DNA of 64,000 nucleotides from Macrostomum lignano (Eukaryota): NCBI GenBank assembly GCA_002269645.1, contig NIVC01000114.1, positions 558,001 to 622,000 of the forward strand, read 5' to 3'. Shown piece by piece: positions 15,583 to 30,806 of this stretch (position 1 is its first letter; each line of letters starts with the position of its first letter). The notes under the pieces were generated by a model. It saw only the letters and a program-made list of their open reading frames with translations, ran no database searches and was not told where the DNA came from. The position numbers and the translations under genes were made by a program.

Positions 15583-17090
15583 TCACTCCTTATAACTCAC
15601 AGTCGGTCTGTTCATCAGTCTTTCACTTCTTCTAGGTTGCTGCTGCTGCTGCTCCCGCTCCTCTTCTCCAGGGCGCATAGCTGGAGGGTGATCGACCTCA
15701 CCAGCAGCACCAGTGGTAGCTTGTTCCGGGCCAATGTCCTTGTCATCGCTGCCCTTGAAGCTCCGTATCTGGTCTCTGTGAGCCTTCTTGTACAAGCCGT
15801 TTTCAAGCTTGATGATTGCCGTGTTGCGGCGTGTAGGCAGGACGATTCTGGCTAGTGACGTAGCTCCTTGTGTCCTGTACACCACATCGTCATCTCCAGA
15901 AAACTCTGTCATCAAAGGAGTCCGGATGTTTCGACCTAGAAACTTCTCCGACGGTGTGCGACCATTATTTCCTTTGGATGATCGGTAGAACAGTAGGAAC
16001 TTGTCAATGTTGTGTTGACTCAGACCCAACGCTGACACAGATTCTTTCACTGTGCGGACAAATCTCTCAGCGACTCCGTTTCTCTGAGGGTGATATGGAG
16101 GTGTGGTCACATGGCTGCACCCGATTGCTTTCAGCCACTGTGTTGTTTCAGCTGAGACGAAGCTTGGGCCGTTGTCGGTGACAAGTGTCCTTGGCACACC
16201 CCACTGCGAAAAAGTTCTCCATAGCCTAGAGATGACTGTAGATGACTTCATGTTGGCGGTCAGATGCACCTCAGGGTAGGTCGACATGGCGTCCACCAGC
16301 ACCAACAAATATTGGCCATCTATTGGACCCGCAAAATCCGCATGTACGCGCTCTCCAGCGTCCATTGCTGTCGGCCAAGACTTTAGGTAGTTTCGATTGT
16401 CAGCCTTGACCATTTTGCACGTCTTGCAATTTCCGATGAGTTGTTTTACGTCTCGATCCAAGCCGGGCCACCAAAACTGTGCTCTTAACAGTGACTTACT
16501 CTTAACAGTGATAACCGCAACGTCTTTGGAAGAATGACTCGCATCTCTCGGAGTACCACGTCCAACTCGATCGTCAGTTCGTCCGCGACTGCCTTGTAGG
16601 GGCGGATTCTCGGGTCGTTAAAGTTGCTCGTCCGGATGGCTTCTTTTAACAGAACGATCTCTGGGCAATCCTGTGATTGGTCTCTAACCTCTTGAATGGA
16701 TATGATCGTTGAGGGTAGTTGGATGCTCCCGATTGTACGAGCGTATACCCATATGCCATTAGCGACCATTAGCCATTAGCGATATCGTCCATCTTTGAAG
16801 GCATGCTGATACGCGTAGGCAGGCCCTCGTTCAGCCCAAAGATGTAGGTTAATGGTCTGTGATCCGTGATCAGCTTGAAATGACGTCCCGCTAAAAATCG
16901 CTGACACCTCTGAGTTGACCAGACAATTGCAAGGGCCTCCCTTTCGATCTGAGAATACTCTTTCTCGACTTCTGATAACCTCTTGCTGATGAAAAAAACC
17001 GGTCTGTTGTCTTGAATCAGAACTCCGCCCAGTCCTTTTTTGGGAAGCATCACACTCCAGAGCCACGGGTTTCTTGGGGTCGTAATTCGG
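15583..17090 (-). mobile_element. Decayed, 5'-truncated Ty3/Gypsy pol: RNase H, then integrase
   Basis: RNase H (NYDPKKPVALECDAS / GLGGVL / YSQIEREALAIVW / ITDHRPL) with frameshifts. Integrase with CKTC zinc-finger end and core ERVHADFAGP...VDAMS...LVTDNGPSF...NGVAERFV in ORF 15583..16461. Confidence 0.92.
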
Positions 17091-17993
17091 TAATTCGAAT
17101 TACGACCCCAATACGTGCCACTAATTTGGTAGTGGCACTCAGTCGTTAACCCGGCCACACAAGCTGTGCCCGAAGAGCTGGTCGGAGATCGCAAATCGGC
17201 GATTCCGGTTAAAAGGTCGCACAAGCTGCGACGGTCGCCCTGTCGCGACATTCATTTCTGGCTGGCAACTCATTATGCATCACAGTTCGTGTACCGAACT
17301 CACGTAATAAGCTCACAAACGCACCTGTGGCACCCGCTATATCGTCTCGCAATAAGCCCACAAACGCACCTGTGGCACCCGTCGTACCGTTTCCTAGCAA
17401 GCCCATACCGTAGTCTGTGGCCCTGTTGTATAGCCTATTTTGCAATAGATGCTCGTATTCGTTTACAAAGAAGTCTACAGGCTCTACAGCCTACAATTTT
17501 GATCAATACGCTGATACACACATATTCTGTTTGATTACCGTCTGATACTACTTAAGCTGTAGTCACTCGTGTACATACACGTCAAAATTCTCATTACAAG
17601 TCATACTAATATTACAAAATGATGACCAAAGGGATAGTCCAGATAAACACGACCCAGATGCTATAATGCTCAGTGTATTCTCAAAATATTGCTTAATTCA
17701 ATTATTTCTCATCTTCACTACACTCTTATTACAAACCAGAATCTCTTCTTTTGATAGCAGGATCCTGCATGCTCTTACGCTCTGGTCGACCAGCAGCATC
17801 ACAATCCCCTACAACTAAATCGCGCAAGTTGCAACCAAACCCAGCGCCAGCCGCTGACACAGACCAAGCACTTGACAGAACAACCTCGAGTACCCGACGA
17901 CTTTCCGGCTCTACTCCCGACGTAACTACTTCCCCAACTGCTTGGCCCTCTGGTTATTCACCACCAGCCTATCTGCTTGTACCGGAAATCATC

Positions 17994-19508
17994 ATGGACG
18001 CCAACCAGCTGCAAGAGCTCATCCAAAACCTTACACAGCAACAACAGCTGCAGCAACAGCAACTACTACAACAGCTTGGTGCCGCGCAGCCAGCCCAAAG
18101 ACCAACGCCTTCAGTATCATCATTGACGATCAACGAAATCCGTGAAGCCCTGAAGGATATCGATCAACTGCACGGCTTCGCGAATTTTGTCATGGAGTTT
18201 GACCTGGCCACCCGCACTTTCAACTTGGATGATTATACTAAGCTTCGAATTTTCCCGCGATTCTTAAACGATTTGCTCAAAATCGAATTCTCCAATTTAA
18301 CGCCCGCGCAACAAGGTACCTACACGGGCATGCTTGAGCACATGCGTGCCCGCTTTCGAGACCTGACAAACGGATCCACCTCACTTCTGCAACAAATTGC
18401 AAATCGAAGACAACAGCCCGGCGAATCGTTCACTCAATACTTCAGCGACGTCTGCAAAAAACTACGCACGGTCTATCCCGCCATCGCACCGGAACCAATT
18501 CCCGACGGTCTCAACGAACCCCCCAACCAGGCTGTAATCTGCCAACGGGGCAATGACTTCACAACGACACTGATTGCCAACATTCTAAACGGGACGCTAC
18601 CCTACATTCGCCGAGAACTGATGCGCATCCCAATCCAAACGGAACAAGGATTACTGAGTCAGGCCATCCGAGCAGAACAAATTGTAGACAATACTCAAGC
18701 CACAGCCTCCACCGAAATGGCCGAGCTCACAAAACGGCTAGCCGCCCTAGAATCCGGGAACCAGACTACAAAACCCACACTTGCCACTGTCCAGACGCCT
18801 ATGCGTCAACCACCTAGACGACCTTCCAGTCGCGAATGTTACAACTGCAACAAGGTCGGCCACATCGCCAGAGACTGCCGTCAAAGGAGATTTGACCAAA
18901 ACCCTCAACGCCAGCGCTCACAAACACCTTCCACTTGTGGTATTGGGAAAAAGTACTGCAAATTCCATCGCACAACATCTCACAATACCAGAGAATGCCG
19001 CGCAATCAAATATCAACACTCAGACAGACGACAGGGCCGCTTCTCCAACAGAAATTCCTATGGCCCAAACCGACCAAACGGAAGCCACTCACGATCGCCG
19101 TCACCGCGAGCCCCAGCAGCCTTGCTAAACGTCCTACAGGTCGTGACGACAGGCGCACCCTCCAGCACTGAACAACCGCAGCCGACGGGTGCCGACAAGG
19201 CCATGGAATCAAAACCGGAAGTCAATGTGTCTACTCCATCAACTAGTGAACCATACTACTGCACTGGGACTGGACCGCAGTACAACCTTCTGCGTACCCT
19301 TAAGCTCCGGCAGCAGAGCACCAAGACCGAAGTCATGGGCATCCAGGTCGTCTCCTGGACTCCCGACTGCCCGGACTGCGCGCCCACAATTCAGCGTCCT
19401 CTGAGACAACCGGCCTGCAAGACGACTCATCTAAACACTCGCGGTCAACAAGGCGTACAACTCCTTGGTTTGCTGATCACCACTGATTGGAAGTGTCGAA
19501 ACACGTAA
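17994..19508 (+). CDS. Retrotransposon Gag with CCHC zinc knuckle (ATG probably 17994; ORF track starts at 17751)
   Basis: Capsid-like region (RRQQPGESFTQYFSDV), zinc knuckle CYNCNKVGHIARDC, second Cys/His motif CKFHRTTSHNTREC, Arg/Ser-rich tail. Confidence 0.85.
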   Translation: MDANQLQELIQNLTQQQQLQQQQLLQQLGAAQPAQRPTPSVSSLTINEIREALKDIDQLHGFANFVMEFDLATRTFNLDDYTKLRIFPRFLNDLLKIEFSNLTPAQQGTYTGMLEHMRARFRDLTNGSTSLLQQIANRRQQPGESFTQYFSDVCKKLRTVYPAIAPEPIPDGLNEPPNQAVICQRGNDFTTTLIANILNGTLPYIRRELMRIPIQTEQGLLSQAIRAEQIVDNTQATASTEMAELTKRLAALESGNQTTKPTLATVQTPMRQPPRRPSSRECYNCNKVGHIARDCRQRRFDQNPQRQRSQTPSTCGIGKKYCKFHRTTSHNTRECRAIKYQHSDRRQGRFSNRNSYGPNRPNGSHSRSPSPRAPAALLNVLQVVTTGAPSSTEQPQPTGADKAMESKPEVNVSTPSTSEPYYCTGTGPQYNLLRTLKLRQQSTKTEVMGIQVVSWTPDCPDCAPTIQRPLRQPACKTTHLNTRGQQGVQLLGLLITTDWKCRNT

Positions 19509-21115
19509 CGCAACGGCACCACTCGATCACCCCGACATTCGTCGACACACCAATGGTCTGCCCACTCAACGGCCCAGTTCGAATTTTCAAGATCCCTACC
19601 GAAATACGGTGCGAGTCCTTCAACCCACAAGAAGCAAGAGCCATCCCAGTGCGTCTACGGCTCTACACCTCGAACCTAGCGAAGACCCGGATAGTGATGA
19701 ACATTTGTTATCGGGAAGAAATACCAATCAACTGCAATCGTCTTGGCTCACACTTACGCACTTTTCGCGAAGCCCAAATAGCTGTGAAATCGAAATCGAT
19801 AACGCCACTCGCTTGTCAACAATGGGTCGAGTCCAGAAATTCACCTGATGGCCAACTACAAATCGCAGCAACAGTTTCTGGCCAATAACTATTCCGGTCA
19901 GCCATACAGACATCTTTGCTGGAGAACTGCCTTGCCTCCCGTACTCAAACGATAACGGCATCCACCTTGATTACTAACATCGCTGCTTTTGCTAGTCCAA
20001 CAGATCCGATGGAATCACTGGCGTTTCCAATCAAACATTGTGTTTATTCAACAAAAGGTTGCATCATCCCGACAACTGTGGAACAGATGATGCGCTTTAA
20101 TCTACCACATCAGCTTCTGACAGCGGCGTGGACACAACTAACTCCACCGGCCGTCGCCACTCTTCACGCAGCAGGCGAGCGACAACTAACGCTGTCTTGG
20201 AGCGTACCACCACAATCAGATTGTTCACTCATACCGTTTCGTGCGCTGAATGGACTACAGCACTCCAACTTTTTCATCAACGACGACCAAACACTAGCTT
20301 TAACATTTGCAGTTACACCGTTTCAGCACACTCTTAGCTGCTGCAGCACTGCAGCACTCTTAGCTGCTGCAGAACAGGAGCGTACTAGCTTATCTGGATA
20401 CCACCCCGCTCATCGTCTCAACCGCGAAACCACCACTAATACCGTGCGAATATCAAGATGGATACTATCTACCAAAGACACCTTTATCTTCAAAGCAACG
20501 ACTAATTTCAGTGACATTCGCGAACTAGACTCACATCAGGTCACGGACGAAACGTACCTTTTACAATCACTCTATAACGACCTGAGACAGAGCATTTTCA
20601 CACCCATTGGCGATGTCAACTACAGCACTCTGCGAAGTCCGGTCACCGTCACAGACATGATGGAACAATTCATGCAAACAAGAGATTTCCTAGTTACTGT
20701 CTTCAAGATGAACAACAACAAAACTCGCCAAGAACTGCTATCCGACGCCTCAAACTTCAGACTGGACGCCACACAAGCATTTAAGAATCTCTGGAGCACC
20801 TCCATCTTTAATTGGGAACGATTCCGCGACAACCACATGGAACGTTTCCTGTTCAGCTCCGCGGTCATCGTGTATGCCGCACTACTAATCTTCATCTGCA
20901 ATATTGGTCGCTTCTGCGTCGCGAACACGGTACGATACGGACGTACACACCGTCTGATGGTCCTCCGAACAACAGATAGCCCAAGGAGCAGACGGCGCCA
21001 TGCATCCTCACCCACTCGAGCTTCAAACCAAGTACCAATGGTACTAATAAACTCCTCACCACCACGACGGGCACAACAGACCGAACCAACATCGGTAGCT
21101 CCTACGACGGTGTGA
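19487..21115 (+). CDS. Envelope-like, Cys-rich membrane glycoprotein ORF within the Gypsy element (one in-frame TAA at 19886-19888)
   Basis: ORFs 19487..19888 and 19916..21115 share one frame. Cys-spaced ectodomain (VCPLNG, IRCES, NICYREE, LACQQWV, ENCLAS, KHCVYSTKGCII), a single hydrophobic segment FLFSSAVIVYAALLIFIC (~20846-20900) and a basic cytoplasmic tail. The family assignment is by pattern only. Confidence 0.6.
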
Positions 21116-23360
21116 AAACCAATACCTGCGCCTAAACCACCGGTTCCTCCATGGCCAATCGCATACAACACCGTCCTCAAACATCTCACCACGCGCACGT
21201 TGATAACACTATGGTGCACTATGCCTCCAGCGACAAGACACAAATGCACGGCTCTCATCGACAGCGGCGCCGCAATCAGTTGCATCTCACTGACTTTTGC
21301 ACAGAAACTGAACGCCAAGATCACACCACACTCACTTCACGTGCAATGTGCAGGCGGACAACTGATCCACTGATCCACATTAAGAAACAAGCCAGTTTCT
21401 GCATACTGATTGGCTCAAAGGAACACAAGATGTCTGTCTGCCTTCGTTCTGGACAACATGTCCAAAGAATATGATCTCATCCTTGGGGTAGAGACCTTCA
21501 AGACCTTCAAGCCCAAATCGATGGTACGACATTTCCGATGCTCAGTACGATGGCTGTTCCAACGAACACAGTCAACGTCCAACTTCCGAAAGCCACCCAC
21601 ATCCCAGCACAGACAACACAGACAGCACAACGTGGGTGTCAGCCGAACTTTCCACACCTGGCACTCCGCTACAGCCAGTCCTATTTATACCAAAGGACCA
21701 TACGATGCAACGCTACAAGCTACTTCTAGCAGCATCATTATGCCAGACTGACAAAACCGGACGCTCCATACTGCATCAGATTTCGAATCCGATACTTCCG
21801 CTATATGCCAGAACTCATCTCGGCGCACTGTCAGACCCAGCAGACTATATGCTAGCCTCAGCGCCAGCCATAACAGAAATCAACGCCTTGGATGTCAAAC
21901 CTGATATGACAAAAAGCGACGAAGACTTGATCAAAGACCAACTAGATTAAGAAGAATCAACACTTATCACCGGACCAACGGAAACAAGGGGTTGAAATTC
22001 TATCCCGATTTCATGACACACTGGCCCTCCTGCCAACCGATATGGGCTGCACGACTCAATACACGGCCAAAATTAGTGTCCACCAGCATTCCGACCCAAT
22101 CACGTCGCGGCCATTCCCAATCGCACATGGCCTACAGGAGCGCTTTGACGAGCTAATAAGCAACTTCGTCCGGAAAGGCATCCTCAGCCCGAGTGAATCC
22201 GAATACTCCAGCCCATGTCTACTGGTCGAAAAGAAAACACTCGATGAACAAGGCCGACGACAACTCCGCCTCGTTTGCCGACTTCCGCAGATTGAACAAG
22301 ATCATTAGCACGCCAAGCATACGACCTCCGAAAATACCTGATCTACTACACCGGCTGAGAAGCGCTAAACTGTTTTCTCTCTGTGACCTCGCTGACGCTT
22401 TCTACAAAGTTCAACTAGATCCACAGAGCTCAAAGTATACAGCCTTCATTGCGCCAAACGGACTTCTTTGGCAATTCAATAGACTTCCGCAAGGCCTCAA
22501 ATCAAGCCCTAGCATCATGTGTCGTCTCGTCTCGCTACTAACTGCGGACTCACCGAACCTAATCGCATATCTAGATGACAAACTGCTCATCTCTGGAGAT
22601 TTCAACGACATGATGGTTGAACTCGAACACTTTTTACACAAACTGAGGCAACATGGACTTAGAATTTCACTTCGAAAATGTCTTTGCGAAACCGGAAGTT
22701 CAATATCTTGGTTTTCAAGTCTCTGAAGACAGCATCAGACCAGCACCATCCCTGGTTGAGAAAATCAACAAATTTCCGATCCCAGCGACAGTGAAACAAC
22801 TACAATATTTTCTAGGAATGGCGAACTTCTATCGAACGCACATCAAGGGATACTCCACAATAGTCGCACCACTACTCAACGCCCTGCGCAACGCATCCAA
22901 GACGAAAAAGATAATCTGGAACAAGGAACAGCAGTCAGCATTCGATCTGCTCAAGAATATACTTACCACCGACATCCGACTAGTCCACCCGGACCCTTAC
23001 AAGCCGTATGTCCTCCACACCGACGCCTCGGATCCGGCTATCGGCACCGTACTCTCCCAAGCAGATTCCGAAAGACACCAACAGCCTGTGGCCTACATCT
23101 CGAAGACACAATCGGCCACTGAACAACGATACCCGGCAATCGAACGAGAAGCCTATGCGATCTATTGGGCGATCAAGAAACTCCATGTCTTCTTGTATGC
23201 CTCTTACCAGCCGTTCACCATCTACTCAGATCACCAGCCACTGCAATCGCTTTTCGCTGACAAACAACCACTGTCCCGGCGATTACAAAAATGGATTCTA
23301 TATCTACAGGATTATCAGTTTACACTCATGTACATTACCGGAAAGGCGAATACCGTTCGT
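21116..23360 (+). mobile_element. Decayed Ty3/Gypsy pol: aspartic protease - reverse transcriptase - RNase H, truncated before integrase
   Basis: Protease ALIDSGA (Asp codon 21260). RT motifs SEYSSPCLLVEKK, DLADAF, RLPQGLKSSP and YLDD (22568). RNase H LHTDASD...YPAIEREAYAI...YSDHQPL...YITGKANT. Several frameshifts and stops. Confidence 0.93.
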
Positions 23361-25321
23361 CCGGTATTACATCCTTACATCCAAAAGCTTACATCCTTTG
23401 TATTTACGTGAACTCCATCAGTGATTTAGATTGAAAATATACCATCTCAAGAGAAGGTTTAACACCGCAGGAAAACACAGTCGGACTTGCCGCTCATTGT
23501 TTAATCTTAGAATACTCGTACGCAGATCCGACAGAAAGCTGAGACAACAATTAAAACTATTTCAATATGCAATTGTCAGCGGAAAGGATTTTATTTTAAT
23601 TTGAATGGGAGAGCGCCTTCTGTTTGGTTAAGAAGTTTAGCATTTTCAATTTTGCTAAATTGAGATTGAAAAAAAAAATCAATGGTATTTGAGGCGAGGC
23701 GATTCGATTCGTCTCATGTAGCAAACCAGACGCAAACGATTTCCTAATTTCCCAATTTCAGGCATCAAGTAACGCTATGATGCTGTTTTGTTGAAATAAT
23801 AGAGTGCAAGTACTTGATAACTTGAGCAAATTGACGTCGGCGTGTACAATTAATTTACCTTTTAGAGAGCTAAGTTTTTCATAACTGCAATCAATTTTGC
23901 CCGCAGAACTTCACGACTATCCATGTCTCATAGCTTCCTGTTACCTTCAACACATTTACCATTAACGAGAGAAACGAACGCTACAATTGAACAGCATCAA
24001 GTGTAAGTAAGTGTATGTAAGTACTCAAGTGAGTGGCTAAGGTCTTCATGAATGTCATCACCAAACAGAAGTGCATTCATTCAGTGAACCATACCCAAAC
24101 GTACATCCAGAGATGTCCAGGGCCTGGTCGACATCTTTGACTGAATGATACATATTCTGAGTACTTTGTCATCGATTGCAGACTCATTTTTACCTCAGAC
24201 TGGTCTAAATGGCATCGCAGTTTTTTTAAGGAAGTTAGTGAAAAGTGTGCAACTACACCTGTGCTACTGAAGAGAAATTGTTTTACTAAAAATCTGTGCA
24301 AGTAGACTAATAGTGTCATAATTTTTATTGCTAGACTTTAGGCAGTAAGACTACACTACAACTATTCTTTTATTGTGAGGATTGCCACAGAGAGTCTCTG
24401 CAAGCGCGAAATTTCTACAAGGCCACTTGATTGCTGCTGCAAAAATATAACTGTTCGAACTATGAATGCCTGTCATGTATTGATGTCTGAATTTCCAAAC
24501 TTTTACGAGTGAAGTCAAAAGCGCATTTTCTACATGGGAGAATAAAAGACTACTTTAAATTAATTAGTTATTGTAAACTTGTTTTTAACAATCTTTCTGG
24601 CCGAAGTAACCAGACCATCCCTACCCCCCCCCGTTCAAAAGCATAGCAATCGGAGCTGTTTAGAGAACTCACTGACCTGTCTCGGAGAGCGCTGCATCCA
24701 CTTCTAGTCTATACCAGTTTATTTCTGCTCTTAAGCTTAAATCTTTCTATTATAGTCATAAAGTCTCATGCAACTTGAAACTTTATGCTGCAATCCTAGT
24801 ATTGTTTGATTAGTTTAGTGCAATCTTGACTTGAGCCCGAGAGTGCAACATTTCAACGTCTGCCGACGTACCCGACGTCACTGGGAATCATTTGACAGCT
24901 GCGTGGATAGATGCCTGTTTGGCTGATTATCAGTTAAATATGAAATAATTGGCTTTAAAAAATGTTGCATCAACCTGCAGGCAAATGACTTAAACATTGG
25001 TTTATTTGCTCTTAAAAAGCCAATAAGGAAAAATCTAGCGATCACACTAGCGGAAAAATACCCAACTCGACAATGCATTTCGTAAGCTTGTTTCCTGTTT
25101 AAGATTTGAAAAAAAAACTACTTTTCAGCAAAGTCTTTAAGATTAGTGAGCATGGCGTCGCCAGGCAACTTCACTTGCTGCTAATGCGTTGCAAACTTGA
25201 ACTTCTCACATGAGTAATATTTGTCAATCACTTATCTTTCGAGACCGTATCAATTTGTTTTATTCAATCGTAACTAGTAAAAAAATCTTGCGAAAGTCAA
25301 TTGAAAAGCGCAACTGCAATA

Positions 25322-25603
25322 TCAAGGCTTTTTAAGACAACTGACAATCAGCTCGGCCGATCCTCCGCACCTGCCAGCCAGGCAGTTCGCCACCCTGTTG
25401 TAGTCGCCGCTGGATGATGCCGCACAGCCGAAAAGCGAGTTGACCACGCACACTAGAGAGTTGACGCCAGCCAGCTTCATGCAGTAGGTGTCGATGTAGA
25501 TCCGCGGTGCATCGTTCTTTGGAGTCGCATCGGCAACAGTCATCGGTCCCAGGGCTACAAGCGCTAGCAGGACTTTCAGATAGCAAAGCTTTGAAATTAA
25601 CAT
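25322..25603 (-). CDS. Small secreted cysteine-rich protein (93 aa; signal peptide plus 6 Cys in the mature part)
   Basis: ATG at 25603, hydrophobic leader LKVLLALVALGPMTVADA, and six cysteines in the predicted mature region. GC-richer coding-like composition inside AT-rich flanks. Confidence 0.6.
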   Translation of the reverse strand: MLISKLCYLKVLLALVALGPMTVADATPKNDAPRIYIDTYCMKLAGVNSLVCVVNSLFGCAASSSGDYNRVANCLAGRCGGSAELIVSCLKKP

Positions 25604-26445
25604 CTTTGCTGACTAGAAAATCACCCGTGCCCAACTAATGGAATGAATATATATCTTAGTTCTGCAATCCAGTGCGTGGCTATATGACCAGCGCTACATT
25701 TTAAATAGTGCTGTTGACTTAGCTAATCATAATTTATAGCCTAATAGTAAACCAATTAATGTCATAAATTTCTTTGCATAGGAAACTAGCCACAATCTTC
25801 TCGGGTACAGGTTCCAGAAGAAACCGACTTTTGTCTTTAGAGTTTAGCCCTTGTGTAAGCTTGCCTAAGCTTGTGTTGTGTAAGCTCGTATCTCTACAGT
25901 AGGGAATTAATAAACCTCTCTCGAAGCATTGCCCTTTGTAGTTTAGCTTGTTAATTACCGACAATAAAATACAAAGCCATATGCCATTTTCCTTTGGTTT
26001 AGGGTACAGTCAGGCTGAGAGTTCAATTGAAAGAATGGAGTATCAGGGTACTTGACAAGATTAAAAAGATTCGTACTATTGCACTCGGTAAATGCTACTA
26101 AATATCTTACCCTGCTAGTAGTAAAATACTCTGAAGATTCAAGTTTTAATTACTTTTTATTTAAACTCCCTTATATTTTCAGAAAGTCTGAGAAAGTCTT
26201 GGAATGTTACTAGAAAAGTATAGGCTCATTTTAAAAACACGCTAATAAAAGTATGATTCACTTTTTGCAAAGTAACAATTGCTTGTTGAATTTATTTTCA
26301 TTAAAGTTATAGTACGAAGTATGCGTATTATAACGTATTTATACGCAAATGCGTACAAAACGTTATATTTACAGAATAAGTTGTCGCAAACAGAAGTTAT
26401 AAATTCACTTTGGAATAACAAAAAATTCAAATATTGCGCACAAAT

Positions 26446-26606
26446 TCAAATCAGCGCCTCTCGCTCCTGGTCTCTATCGCGCATCGCAGCGGCGGCGGCT
26501 GCAGCGGCGGCCTCTTTGATGTCCAGCTGTTGCAGGAGCATCGCGGTGGTTGGTCCGAGGTCTGCTAAATCCCGATCTAGAGAAGGACTGTCTTCAACGG
26601 CTTCTG
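26446..26606 (-). CDS. Possible alternative terminal exon of the ParB-like gene (poly-Ala tail)
   Basis: Acceptor TTTTATCTTTAG|CA GAA at 26607 is phase 1, compatible with the donor at 27606. Reads AEAVEDSPSLDRDL...AAAAAAAAMRDRDQEREALI*. Confidence 0.45.
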
Positions 26607-27387
26607 CTAAAGATAAAATCGAAAATCGTTTAGTAAACTTCATTAGGCCATTTTTTAAACAAAACAAAATATGTTTAACATATAGACGCAAAATCAAATA
26701 CGACAATTCATAACTACTTCGTCTCCTGGTATTTAGGTATTTGATGTATTTACTCTGTTTCTGGTTTACTGTGAAAAATTTACCAAGTTTTTTTCCTTTT
26801 TCTATAATTTACAAATTACAGTGTTGCTACTCGTGCAAGAAAATATCGCTTTCATAAAAATAAACTTTATGAAAAAAGCAAATAAATGCTAAAGACTTAA
26901 ATAGCTATCTAGTGGTATTTTCAATTTGGCTAGTCTTCATTCTAGAAATCTCCTTCCATTCTCACTTATCTGCACCGCCTACTCAATACCCCTAGAGCGC
27001 CCTCACTGAAATTTATCCTTCCTTAACATTTCTCTTCATCACTTTTCCTTTTCGTTTCATTCGTATTAGCAAGTCGCACTTTTTCATAGATAATTCCCCG
27101 ATGATTGCCCGAACCGAGCAGGAAGGAAATATCTCCCTAAGGCGCTGAGAGGCCTAGGCCGACTCGCCCTTCCAAAGAGCCTCTCCACTAACCGCAGCCT
27201 GTCAAGCGTGCGAAGAATAAGACGCCGGATCTGGGCTGGAGATTGCGCCAGTTTCGCCTGTTATTATGGCATCGGTGGCCAAGATCCGAGCTTCAAATGC
27301 TTCTATCGCAGCTAAGCCGAAAAAACAGCCCCAAGATGAAACAGGGGGCGAAGAAAATGGTTTTTTGATCCCAGCAAAATGCATTTT

Positions 27388-30806
<3,419 letters not shown>

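Noticed and set aside
17110-17765. 5' LTR and primer-binding site (tgatagcagga at ~17751) for the plus-strand element
   Set aside because: It only partly matches a tRNA-Met type TGGTAGCAG PBS, and there is no second LTR copy in the window to define boundaries, so it was not called.
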